Below, piece by piece: positions 29,501 to 38,334 of a stretch of 64,000 nucleotides of DNA (its first letter is position 1; each line of letters starts with the position of its first letter). This DNA comes from Candidatus Cryptobacteroides gallistercoris. GTDB lineage: Bacteria; Bacteroidota; Bacteroidia; Bacteroidales; UBA932. Both the position numbers and the translations under genes were made by a program. The DNA lies in the NCBI GenBank assembly GCA_017694835.1, contig JADIMJ010000040.1:555-64554 (forward strand), written 5' to 3'. The notes below the pieces were generated by a model. It did not search any database and was not told the DNA's origin. It saw nothing but the letters and a program-made list of their open reading frames with translations.

Positions 29501-31021
29501 TTTCCTGGCATTCGCGTCATGCGGCTTGAGCAGTCTGGAGCACATGACAGGGCTCAGCGTCAGGGCGACTATCGTGGAGATGATGACGGATACCGCGATG
29601 GTGATGGTAAACTGCCGGAACAGCTGTCCCGTGATACCTGAGAGGAAGCTCACCGGAATGAATACTGCACAGAGCACGAGTGACATGGCGATGAGGGCAC
29701 TTCCGATGCCGCTCATGGCTTTCTTCGTGGCTTCATAAGGCGGCAGATTCTCTTCTGCCATGATTCTGTCCACATTCTCGACCACCACGATGGCATCGTC
29801 CACCACAATACCGATGGCAAGTATCAGTCCCAGCAGGGTCATCATGTTGAGGGAAAAACCGAACACGAGCATGATGCCGAAGGTTCCGATAAGGGATATC
29901 GGCACCGCTATGGCGGGAATTATTGTCGCCCTCCAGCTCTGGAGAGAGAGGAAGACCACGAGAATCACCAGGAAAAGAGCCTCGAAGAGGGTCTTGTACA
30001 CATGGTGGATTGATTCCGAAATGTAGGTGGTCATGTCGAACGGGATGTCGTATGTGATGCCGTCCGGGAAATTCTTGCTGATTTCCTCCATGGTGGCCTT
30101 GACGTCTTCGGCGACCTGCATCGCATTTGCCCCCGGAAGAGTGTACACATACATTACGGCCGCATTTCCTCCGTTGATGCCGCTCTCGGTGTTGTAGGAC
30201 TGGGCTTCAAGTGATACCCTTGCCACATCCTTTATCCTGATGATGGCCCCGTCGTCACCTGTCCTGACCACAATGTTCTCGAACTGGCTTACTGAAGAAA
30301 GCCTTCCGGTGGCTGTAATCGGGATAGTCACATCCACATCGCTGATTGGCTGCTGTCCGAGCACTCCGGCCGCAGACTCCCGGTTCTGGTCCTTTATCGC
30401 GCTTGTGAGGTCGTCGACGGTAAGGCCGAGGCTTGCCAGCTTGTCCGGCTGCACCCATATCTGCATTCCGTAGTAACGGCTTCCTACATTGGACACTCGT
30501 CCTACTCCCGGCACACGGCGGAGCATGTCAAGCACATTGAGCGTGGTGTAGTTGCTCAGGTATATTTCATCGAATTTCGGGTCGTCCGAAAGCACGGTGA
30601 TGGTCATGAGGCGGCTTGCTGCCTCCTTTTCCACCGAGATGCCGTTCTGCACCACTTCTGCCGGAAGCCTGGATTCCGCCAGCTTGACCCTGTTCTGCAC
30701 TTCGACAGCCGCAAGGTCAGGGTCACTTGAGATGTCAAATGTCAGGGTGGCCGAGAAGCTTCCCGAATTGGTGTTGGTGGATTCCATGTAGAGCATGCCC
30801 GGCGTGCCGTTCAGCTCCTGTTCAATAGGAGTCGCCACCGCCTGTGCGACTGTCTGTGCGCTCGCTCCCGGATAGGAAGCCGAGATTTTCACTACAGGAG
30901 GAACAATCTGCGGATACTGGTCCACAGGCAGGAGCATGAGGCCTATGAATCCGACAAGCACGATGATAATCGATATGACTATCGAGAAGACGGGCCTGTC
31001 TATGAAGAAGTCTGATTTCAT
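26531..31021 (-). CDS. HAE1-type RND permease fused in frame to a NodT/TolC-family outer-membrane lipoprotein
   Basis: About 1030 aa AcrB-like part (GIVVDDAIVVVEN, AKNAILIVEF, RFRPIVMTS), then signal-like helix + AASC, then OMF motifs (WWELYAD..L, WEIDIWG, LLERRPD, YKALGGGW); no stop between them. Confidence 0.9.
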   Translation of the reverse strand: MKSDFFIDRPVFSIVISIIIVLVGFIGLMLLPVDQYPQIVPPVVKISASYPGASAQTVAQAVATPIEQELNGTPGMLYMESTNTNSGSFSATLTFDISSDPDLAAVEVQNRVKLAESRLPAEVVQNGISVEKEAASRLMTITVLSDDPKFDEIYLSNYTTLNVLDMLRRVPGVGRVSNVGSRYYGMQIWVQPDKLASLGLTVDDLTSAIKDQNRESAAGVLGQQPISDVDVTIPITATGRLSSVSQFENIVVRTGDDGAIIRIKDVARVSLEAQSYNTESGINGGNAAVMYVYTLPGANAMQVAEDVKATMEEISKNFPDGITYDIPFDMTTYISESIHHVYKTLFEALFLVILVVFLSLQSWRATIIPAIAVPISLIGTFGIMLVFGFSLNMMTLLGLILAIGIVVDDAIVVVENVDRIMAEENLPPYEATKKAMSGIGSALIAMSLVLCAVFIPVSFLSGITGQLFRQFTITIAVSVIISTIVALTLSPVMCSRLLKPHDANARKNFLFRKINQGFDAGNSFYAKVIHASLRHSPRMFVLFGVTVVCIWAFSQLVPKSFMPQEDQGYFTVELELPVGATLERTREVTDRAMDFLLRQHDIEYVLNVTGSSPRIGTSQSNSTLTVIMKPWNEREETDINKMMQMVRDTLSLYPESKVYISSPAVIPGLGTSGGFSMVLEARGDATYDDLQAAADTLLFYASQRKELTGLASGIQKNIPQLYFDADRDKIQLLEVPLSDVFSTLKAFTGSIYVNDFNMYNRVYRVYLQADAPYRAHKDNLNLFFVKSDSGAMIPVTALGNTQYTTGPGTIKRFNMYYSATITGEAGHGVSSGQAMDILEEIADEHLPSNIDIEWSGLSFQEKKEGGQTGLVLGLALLFVFLVLAAQYESWSVPIAVILSLPIAIAGAYLGIWIVGLESNVYFQIGLVMLVGLVAKNAILIVEFAKEEVEKGKPIEEAAVTAAHLRFRPIVMTSLAFILGMLPLVFATGPGSASRQNIGTGVFFGMIVAITLGITFVPFFFVWIYKLKNKMSGKSKVTGSGAAVIAAVIIAGSSAASCSPAKHCAEPELNLPEQYMAASPAADSLTLADVKWWELYADTTLQNFIKQALEYNKDMLIAAERIRELECRYRIQRSELWPSISAKAYANNEYNNYGGNEANPNDPELGPKIALRWEIDIWGHLRWASREKMAEYLASIEAQRALQMTLVSEVAKTYFELLSLDNELEIVRRTLETRQEGVKQAKLRADGGLTSEIPHQQALVELATTASLVPDLERKVAVKESELAFLTGTYPHEMKRPRQVLELSYRDILPTGIPSQLLERRPDLMESWQRLRAAEAAVGVAQAERFPTFVIDLSGGLESNSFLDVLKSPFYYAAAGIASPIFEFGKRKAAFRAAISEYNQAKLEYEKNVMQAVKEVYDAVVTFNSARENTNLKFDLQEASRKYVSLASSQYINGILNYLDVLDAQRSYFDAQVELSNAIANEYIALTELYKALGGGW

Positions 31022-31057
31022 TTTCTGTCCTTTAGTTAATCAATCGGCGCCTGAAAG

Positions 31058-32284
31058 TCAGTCAATCGGCACATGAAGCTGGTCTGCCCTTCTGGCCTTC
31101 ATTCCGTGCTGGAGCTTGTGGAAGCCTTCTGTCACAATCTGTTCTCCCGGGAGCAGTCCCCTTTCCACCACGACATTGTTGCCTGTCTCGGGGCCGAGCT
31201 CGATGAATCTTCTTTCCACGACATTGTCATTTCTGAGCACGAATATATAAGAGCCGTCCTTTTCTATTTCAACAGCCTTTGTAGGGACTACGACCGCATC
31301 CTCCCGCACATCAAGCAGAAGTGTCACATTGGTGAACTGCCCCGGGAGCAGTTCCCTGTCCGGATTCGGGATGTCGGCGTGTACCGAGAATGTCCCTGAC
31401 CGCGAATCCACCTGAGGGTCGGCAAAGTCCACGAGCCCGCGGTATTTGTACACGGATTTGTCCGCAAGGGTGATGGTGACATACGGGTCCCATTTCCTGA
31501 GTGAGTCCTTCTGCCCGATGTTCACATTCCTCGCCTTGCTTATCTGATAGTCGAGGTCGGTCATCTTGAATTCCACCGTGACAGTGTCGCTCTTGACGAT
31601 TGTGGCGAGCAGGGACTGTCCTCCGGGACCCACAAGAGTCCCGATGTCGGCGTGTCTCTCGCTTATGTAGCCGCTGATAGGTGAGCGTACCGTGGTATAG
31701 CTCAGCGCCAGTTCATCCTGCTTGAGGTCAGCCTCGCTCATGAGGACTTCAGCCTTGGCGCTTTCGTATGAGGCGATGGCATTGTCGAGGTCCAGCTGGC
31801 TGGCGGCCTTCTGGTCAAACAGCGGCCGTATGCGTTCAAGGTCTCTTTCTGCCTTGAGTTCCATGGCCTTGGCTTTTTCAAGCATGGCCTTTGCCCTGTC
31901 GACCGTAGCCTTGTACTGGCGCGGGTCAATGATGAAGAGCACCTGGTTTTTCTTGACATATGTTCCTTCCTCGAAAAGCATCTGCTCCAGATAGCCTTCC
32001 ACTCTTGCGCGGACTTCAACAAACTGCTGCGCCGTCACGCTTCCGGGGTATTCCCCGTATATCTCCACATCTTCTGTCGTTACGGTCTCGGTGCTGACAA
32101 CCGGGATGACTTCTTCTGCGGGGGCAGGCCTCGTGAGCCATATTATTGCCCCGGCAACGGCAGCGGCGACAATGCCGATGGCCGTCCAGTGCCGCCAGTC
32201 AAGTTTCTTGATTTTAACGACGAAGTATTGCGAACCTTTGCCTACATTGGCGTATGTGTCCTTCAGAAATTGCGATCCTTTCAT
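31058..32284 (-). CDS. RND periplasmic adaptor (MFP)
   Basis: VEVRARVEGYL, VRSPISG, LLPGQF; start MKGSQF downstream of minus-strand TATATTTG. Confidence 0.93.
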   Translation of the reverse strand: MKGSQFLKDTYANVGKGSQYFVVKIKKLDWRHWTAIGIVAAAVAGAIIWLTRPAPAEEVIPVVSTETVTTEDVEIYGEYPGSVTAQQFVEVRARVEGYLEQMLFEEGTYVKKNQVLFIIDPRQYKATVDRAKAMLEKAKAMELKAERDLERIRPLFDQKAASQLDLDNAIASYESAKAEVLMSEADLKQDELALSYTTVRSPISGYISERHADIGTLVGPGGQSLLATIVKSDTVTVEFKMTDLDYQISKARNVNIGQKDSLRKWDPYVTITLADKSVYKYRGLVDFADPQVDSRSGTFSVHADIPNPDRELLPGQFTNVTLLLDVREDAVVVPTKAVEIEKDGSYIFVLRNDNVVERRFIELGPETGNNVVVERGLLPGEQIVTEGFHKLQHGMKARRADQLHVPID

Positions 32285-32391
32285 AAAAAGAAAATTGTTC
32301 CAACCTGCAAATATATGCATAATTTGCATTTATCCCCTCTTTATCCGGGTCTCTTATGCAATTTGAATATTATTTTGTATTTTTGTAGGAA

Positions 32392-32805
32392 ATGTCAAAA
32401 TCAATAGAAATACTGGAAAGGAAGGGAGTCAGGGTCACCTCAATAAGGATTCTCGTGCTGGAGGCCCTGATTGATTCGTCGTATCCGATGTCGCTTTCGG
32501 ATCTGGAGACAGAACTGGACACCGTGGACAAGTCAAGCATATTCCGGACCCTGGAAGTCTTTGAGAAACATCATATAGTACATTCAATAGACGACGGCTC
32601 CGGTTCTGTCAAATATGAAGTCTGCGGGGGACGCGACAACTGCACCATTGCAGACATGCACACTCACTTCTATTGTGAAAAATGCCACAGGACATTCTGT
32701 CTCAAGGACATTTCCGCCCCTCTTGTCGACCTTCCCGAAGGATTCAAAGCCAGTTCAGTCAACTATATCATAAAAGGAATCTGCCCGGAGTGCCGCAGGA
32801 TATGA
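32392..32805 (+). CDS. Fur-family metal-responsive repressor
   Basis: RVTSIRILV, DKSSIFRTL, HTHFYCEKC, GICPEC. Confidence 0.92.
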   Translation: MSKSIEILERKGVRVTSIRILVLEALIDSSYPMSLSDLETELDTVDKSSIFRTLEVFEKHHIVHSIDDGSGSVKYEVCGGRDNCTIADMHTHFYCEKCHRTFCLKDISAPLVDLPEGFKASSVNYIIKGICPECRRI

Positions 32806-32852
32806 CATGGCTACGGCAGGACATTCATGAAATACCTTGAAATCGTCAACGC

Positions 32853-32993
32853 GGCCGGTGGATACATGAAATGGCGTCCAACGGCCGTGATTTTCCCGCA
32901 AAAGTGTGGCCGTTGGCATTTTGAAAATACCATCGGGCGTGAAAAATCAGCAAAACCGTGCCCGATGGACAGCATTTTGTGCTTCCACCGGGC
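32853..32993. repeat. Array of alternating inverted 9-mers (CCAnCGGsC / GsCCGnTGG), REP-like
   Basis: Half-sites at 32853, 32878, 32908, 32930, 32960, 32985; two perfect 9-bp-arm, 39-nt hairpins (32878-32916, 32930-32968). Confidence 0.75.
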
Positions 32994-33166
32994 GCTCTGC
33001 TGGACATGGGATTGCCTTCTGCGACTAGTGCCAGTTTGCCGGAACTTATGTTTCCATCGCATTGAACCGAATTTGATTATATATTGAAATCTGGATGAAA
33101 TTTTCTATTTTTGAAAATACGGACTCAAATCCGGGATTTTGACTCTATGGAAGAGGAATCAGACCT

Positions 33167-35983
33167 ATGGATACCAGAAAATCTTTTACAGCCATAATCT
33201 TAGTTATCAGCTTTATAAGCCTGCATGCACAGAATCCGGTACAGAAAGGCATCGTCAGGACTGCCCTGCGACCCGACAGGGAAATCGTCTACCTTTCCGA
33301 TGTCAGCATACGGCAGAGAGGCGGACACAACACCGTACTCAGTAGTGGTGACGGTTCTTTTGAGATGACTCTGCCGGATATCCGTATCGGCAGTGCATTT
33401 TATATCAGCTCTGTCCGTAAAGCGGGATATGAACTTGCCGACAATGCTACCATAGGCAAGGCATTTACTTATTCGCCTGAAGTTCCGATAGAGATTGTAA
33501 TGCTCGACTCCAGAGCCAAGCAGGAGGACATAATCAGAATTACAAGCAATGCCTACTCCCGCGCGGAGAAAGAATATGCAAAGAAGATGGCTTCCCTTGA
33601 ACAGCAACTGCAGGACAAAACTCTATCAGAAGAAAATTACAGACAACAACTGCGGGAACTCCAGTCTGGCTTTGAGAAATACGAGTCCCTGATCAGTGAC
33701 ATGGCCGAACGGTATGCATCTGCCGACTATGCAACAATAGATTCACTGAATGCAGCTATTAATGTGGCCATAGAAAACGGCAGCCTGGAGCAGGCAGATT
33801 CTCTCATTTCCACTGTTGGCCCGCTTGACCGGCTGGTCAAGGAAAGTCATGAAGTGATGGCTAATGTCCGAAAAAAACAGAAAATCGGAGAAGCAATTAT
33901 GGAACAGGTCTCTCGCGAGATGACATACATCGAAGACAGCAACAAAAGGCTGGGAGATTTGCTGTACAGCAAATACAGCATTGCCCTCTCCCGATTTGAG
34001 ACAGACTCCGCGGCTTACTATATAACCATGCGAGCGGAACTGGACACGACGAATATTGAGTGGCAGAATGAAGCAGGGTCATTCATAAGTGAATATGTGG
34101 CTGATTATGATATGGCGATGGCGTTATTTCAGAGAGTATTAAGAATAAATGAAGAGAAATATGGAGAAAATCATCCGGACATAGCAACATCGCTCAACAA
34201 TATCGGTATGGTTTACGCAAAGCAAAGCGACTATGGCAGAGCTCAGTGTTATTATAATAAGGCTCTCAAAATCCAGACAGAACTATTGGGCGAAAGTCAT
34301 CCGGATGTAGCTGCATCACTTAACAATATCGGTATAATTTACACCAAACGAGGCGACTATGACAGAGCTCATGGATATTATATCAGAGCCCTCAAAATCC
34401 AGACGGAACTATTGGGCGAAAGACATCCGGATGTAGCCACATCGCTCAACAATATCGGTATGGTTTACACCAAACGAGGTGACTATGACGCGGCTCTGAA
34501 ATATCTTGATAGGAGCCTCATGATCCGTACTGAACTCTTTGGCGAAAGTCATCCGGCAGTAGCCAAGTCATTCAACAACATTGGAGGTATTTACGATATT
34601 CTGGGAGAGTATGGCAGAGCACAGGAATATTATGATAGAGCCCTCAAAATCCAGACTGAACTATTTGGTGAGTCCCATCCGGATGTGGCTACATCACTCA
34701 ATAATGTCGGTATGGTGTATATAAAACAAGGCGACTATGACCATGCTCTGGAATATCTTTGCAGAAGTCTCAGAATTCAGATAGAACTCTTTGGCGAAAG
34801 TCATCCGAATGTAGCCGCATCATACAACAATATCGGTATGGTTTACACCAAACGGGGAGGTTATGACAGAGCATATGGATATTATAATAAAGCCCTTAAA
34901 ATCTGGATAGAACTCTTTGGCGAAAGTCATCCGAATGTAGCCACATCATACAACAATATCGGTATGGTTTACACCAAACAAGGCGACTATGGCAGAGCAC
35001 AGGAATATTATGACAAAGCTCTAAAAGTCAAAATTAACTTATTTGGCAAATCCCATCCGGATGTAGCCACATCATACAATAATATAGGTATGGTTTATAC
35101 TTATCAAGGAGACTATGGCCGAGCTATGAAATATTATAATAAAGCCCTTAAAATTCAGATAGACCTCTTTGGCGAAAGTCATCCGAATGTGGCTGCATCA
35201 CTCAATAATTTAGGTATGCTTTACACAAACCAAGGCGCCTATGGCCAGGCTCTGGAACATCTTGACCGGAGTCTTAGAATCCGGACAGGACTCTTTGGTG
35301 AAAGTCATCCGGATGTAGCAACATCGCTCAATAATATAGGTATGGTTTATTACTATAAAGGTGACTATGACAAGGCACAGGAATATTATATAAAAGCCCT
35401 CAAAATCTGGACAGAACACTTTGGAGAGAGTCATCCGGATGTCGCTGCATTACTCAACAATATCGGTTATATTGGAATGATTTACATCAATCAAGAAGAT
35501 TATGACAAAGCTCTGGAATACTTTATCAAGGTTCTTGGAATCGAAAGAGAATTTTGTGATGAGAACGATTATACGATTTTAAAGACATATAATAATATAT
35601 ATGATTGCTACATAAAAGCAATCAAAACATCCGGATTCTATATTCCTTCATACAGGGACTTCATCTCTGAAATGGCATTTATTGTCACGGTTGTATCTGA
35701 AGATTCCTCTGCAGCGGGTCTGGGAATGTCAGGAGAATATTACCTGTTGGAATACGAAGATTGGACTCAGTGTAGTTATATCAATATCTATGAGAAGAAT
35801 ATGCGTCTCAGAGGTAAGCCCAAAGACATTCTTGTCATGAAAGACGGAATCATCTCAGAACATCATTTTGAAGATACAATAGGTTTCACCATCGGATTGA
35901 AATATGTCGGCAAAGAAGAAAAAGCTTTGCTATCTGAGGCTTATGACAATTGGAAAAAACAACATAGCCATGAATACGACTGA
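33167..35983 (+). CDS. Exported tetratricopeptide-repeat protein (signal peptide, beta-sandwich, coiled coil, 42-aa TPR array, PDZ-like C-terminus)
   Basis: Signal ending SLHA-Q; 11 units of GESHPDVATSLNNIGMVY..QGDY..A..YY.KAL.I; C-terminal VTVVSEDSSAAGLGM..YLLEY resembles PDZ; TATTTTTG promoter at 33106. Confidence 0.88.
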   Translation: MDTRKSFTAIILVISFISLHAQNPVQKGIVRTALRPDREIVYLSDVSIRQRGGHNTVLSSGDGSFEMTLPDIRIGSAFYISSVRKAGYELADNATIGKAFTYSPEVPIEIVMLDSRAKQEDIIRITSNAYSRAEKEYAKKMASLEQQLQDKTLSEENYRQQLRELQSGFEKYESLISDMAERYASADYATIDSLNAAINVAIENGSLEQADSLISTVGPLDRLVKESHEVMANVRKKQKIGEAIMEQVSREMTYIEDSNKRLGDLLYSKYSIALSRFETDSAAYYITMRAELDTTNIEWQNEAGSFISEYVADYDMAMALFQRVLRINEEKYGENHPDIATSLNNIGMVYAKQSDYGRAQCYYNKALKIQTELLGESHPDVAASLNNIGIIYTKRGDYDRAHGYYIRALKIQTELLGERHPDVATSLNNIGMVYTKRGDYDAALKYLDRSLMIRTELFGESHPAVAKSFNNIGGIYDILGEYGRAQEYYDRALKIQTELFGESHPDVATSLNNVGMVYIKQGDYDHALEYLCRSLRIQIELFGESHPNVAASYNNIGMVYTKRGGYDRAYGYYNKALKIWIELFGESHPNVATSYNNIGMVYTKQGDYGRAQEYYDKALKVKINLFGKSHPDVATSYNNIGMVYTYQGDYGRAMKYYNKALKIQIDLFGESHPNVAASLNNLGMLYTNQGAYGQALEHLDRSLRIRTGLFGESHPDVATSLNNIGMVYYYKGDYDKAQEYYIKALKIWTEHFGESHPDVAALLNNIGYIGMIYINQEDYDKALEYFIKVLGIEREFCDENDYTILKTYNNIYDCYIKAIKTSGFYIPSYRDFISEMAFIVTVVSEDSSAAGLGMSGEYYLLEYEDWTQCSYINIYEKNMRLRGKPKDILVMKDGIISEHHFEDTIGFTIGLKYVGKEEKALLSEAYDNWKKQHSHEYD
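34163..35557 (+). repeat. 126-bp coding tandem repeat, 11 units
   Basis: ggcgaaagtcatccg(g/a)atgtagc..catca..caacaatatcggtatggtttac recurs every 126 bp; last unit has a 9-bp insertion. Confidence 0.93.
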
Positions 35984-37127
35984 CAATACCCGAACCTACA
36001 AGTACTTCGCCTTCATTAGCTATAGCTCACTGGACATCAGGTGGGGCAAGCGGCTGCAGAAGAAGCTCGAGAACTATAGCATGCCGGCTGCCATGTGCCG
36101 GAAACACGGCTGGACGCGTAAGCCGATAAATCCGCTGTTTTTCGCACCAAGCGATATTCAGCCAGGAGGATTATCAGAAGAACTCAAGGCAAGGCTGCGG
36201 GTTTCAAAGAATCTTATTGTAATTGGAACTCCGGCATCAGCGAAATCCAAATGGGTTGCTGCAGAAATAACATATTTTCGGAGCCTCGGACGGGAGAAAA
36301 ATATTCATGTCTTCATAGTTGAGGGAGAGCCGCACAGTGGGAATCCAGACACGGAATGCTTCAATTCGGCATTGGATAAGTTGAGTATACCAGAGATTCT
36401 CGGGGCCAATATCCACGCAAAAAATTACAGATGGGGCTGGGTGAACAGGGAGTATGCATATGTACAGTTGATTACGAAACTGCTCGGAGTGGAAGTCGAC
36501 GACATCTGGCAGAGGCATAAACGCTGGTTGAAAGAAAAAATTATCCTGTGGACCGTCGGTGCGATGTGTGTGGTGGCTGCAATCGCCGGGGTTTGGTTAA
36601 TGAATCAGCCGATAGACATTCGCGTAAGCCTTGAAGAAACCTCCGTACATAACAGTTATTTGCCGCCGATGCAGGATGCTTCCGTAACCTTCACCTTTGA
36701 CAACGAAATAAAGACAGATACCGTCAGTTCGTTCAGCGATAATGTACTGTTCAGGAACATCCCCCATCATTTTCTCGGGAAGCGGGTCCGGGCGCAGGTC
36801 GCCTGCAGGGACTTCATCAGCATAGATACGGTTTTCGCCCTTACCAAAGACTTGGCATTGGGTCTGTGCAGGAATCCTGAAATATATGGCAATATCAGCT
36901 TCCGCCTCTGGAATCCCATGTCCGAAAAGACAGTCCCTGGCTGCAAGGTGGAAATAAACGGGATAGAGACAGTCTCCGATGAAAACGGGCGGGTGACCTT
37001 GTTCATCCCTCTTGAATCTCAGCGGACCCGATACAGTATTTCGGCAGAAATTCCGCTGCAGGACACGACTGTCCATATGCCTTGCGGGAAAAATGATGTG
37101 ATTCTGGCTTGTCCTGAGGTAAAATGA
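35970..37127 (+). CDS. TIR-domain protein with single TM helix and extracytoplasmic beta-rich domains
   Basis: YFAFISYS, LIVIGTPASAKSKWVAAEI (conserved Glu), TM IILWTVGAMCVVAAIAGVWL, then VPGCKVEING..TVSDENGRVTL; ATG overlaps the TPR gene end by 14 nt. Confidence 0.9.
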   Translation: MNTTDNTRTYKYFAFISYSSLDIRWGKRLQKKLENYSMPAAMCRKHGWTRKPINPLFFAPSDIQPGGLSEELKARLRVSKNLIVIGTPASAKSKWVAAEITYFRSLGREKNIHVFIVEGEPHSGNPDTECFNSALDKLSIPEILGANIHAKNYRWGWVNREYAYVQLITKLLGVEVDDIWQRHKRWLKEKIILWTVGAMCVVAAIAGVWLMNQPIDIRVSLEETSVHNSYLPPMQDASVTFTFDNEIKTDTVSSFSDNVLFRNIPHHFLGKRVRAQVACRDFISIDTVFALTKDLALGLCRNPEIYGNISFRLWNPMSEKTVPGCKVEINGIETVSDENGRVTLFIPLESQRTRYSISAEIPLQDTTVHMPCGKNDVILACPEVK

Positions 37128-37221
37128 TAAAGACGGTACAGTCCGGAGTGAAATCCGGCATGATAATTTGTCCCGGGAGATAGATTTTCATCCGCGGGAA
37201 TCTCTATATCTGAAAAATGAT

Positions 37222-38334
37222 ATGGAGATGAAAAAGAAATTGTTTTCTGTATTCAACAACGGGTCTGTGGCGTGGAAGATATTTTCTTACAGCGCGGCGG
37301 TTCTTGTGTTTGTGCTTGCCGTGTGGATAGGCGGGGCATTTGTTTACAATATTGTCATAGACAATTGGATAAGGCCGGCTTTTGACGGCCGTTGCTGGGG
37401 AGACAGGTATATCAGCAATACTATTTCCTATCAGTGGCGGTACGGGAGACGGGGTGGAGCGAGGCTCTATGATGAGGCTTCCGGGAAGGTGCTCATGAGA
37501 AACATCGACTGGGTCGCGACATCGGACGACAATGACAGTCTGGCCGTCTTTGCCAAAGGCCGGAAAAGAGGGTATCTCAACAGATTTACGGGAGAGGTGG
37601 TCATTCCTCTTGAATTCACCAGGGCCTGGGTGTTTTCGGAAGGCCTTGCCGCAGCGGAAAAGGACGGAAGCCTCGTGTTCATCGACCATTCTGGCAGGGT
37701 GGTCATTGACAAGGGGGTCGGAGTGGACTCAGACAGGCAGGGTTATGCTTTCCATGACGGCTACTGCATCCTCGGGGAGCCTGAGGGCGGAACAGTCGGG
37801 ATGATAGACAAGTCCGGGAACTGGGTGCTGGAGCCGGTCTATGACAATGTGAGCAACGACAGCGGATTCTGGAAGGTAAGGAAAGACGGTCTTTATGGCC
37901 TGTTTTCGGCAGAACTTGACACGGTTCTCACCATATCGAAAACGAGGATATGTATATTTGAAGATGCAATAGAAGCAGGACATCCGGACCATACCTCCCG
38001 GCTCTATGATTTTGAAGGAAATGTCATTGAAGACTTCCGCATTGACGGAGTCGAGAGCATGTACTATGAGACAGGGGAACTGCTTGCCGGTACCGGGGAA
38101 TACGATGAATACAGCGGGGAATACGACACATACGACATTGTCTATGATGCGGCAGAATGTTTCCGCTATTATGTCAATCCGTATGGCGCCGCATATTACT
38201 ACGGGCTCATGGACAGGCAGGGCCGTAGGACTACACCGCCGCTTTACTCGTCGATAACAGCCATAGGCAAGGACCGTTATCTGTGCCAGCCGAACGGGGT
38301 CATAATCGACGGCAAGGGCAGAAAAGTCGAGTAG
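37222..38334 (+). CDS. Membrane-anchored WG-repeat protein
   Basis: N-terminal TM; RGYLNRFTGEVVIP..FSEGLA, GMIDKSGNWVLEP.YD, YGLMDRQG..PPLY repeats. Confidence 0.85.
   Translation: MEMKKKLFSVFNNGSVAWKIFSYSAAVLVFVLAVWIGGAFVYNIVIDNWIRPAFDGRCWGDRYISNTISYQWRYGRRGGARLYDEASGKVLMRNIDWVATSDDNDSLAVFAKGRKRGYLNRFTGEVVIPLEFTRAWVFSEGLAAAEKDGSLVFIDHSGRVVIDKGVGVDSDRQGYAFHDGYCILGEPEGGTVGMIDKSGNWVLEPVYDNVSNDSGFWKVRKDGLYGLFSAELDTVLTISKTRICIFEDAIEAGHPDHTSRLYDFEGNVIEDFRIDGVESMYYETGELLAGTGEYDEYSGEYDTYDIVYDAAECFRYYVNPYGAAYYYGLMDRQGRRTTPPLYSSITAIGKDRYLCQPNGVIIDGKGRKVE

Noticed and set aside
32811-33087. Two short ORFs (83 and 86 aa) upstream of the TPR gene
   Set aside because: They translate the palindrome array; no protein-like features
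34163-35557. TPR repeats as CRISPR array or diversity-generating retroelement target
   Set aside because: Repeats are in-frame coding units, variation is not adenine-specific, and no reverse transcriptase or template repeat is in the window
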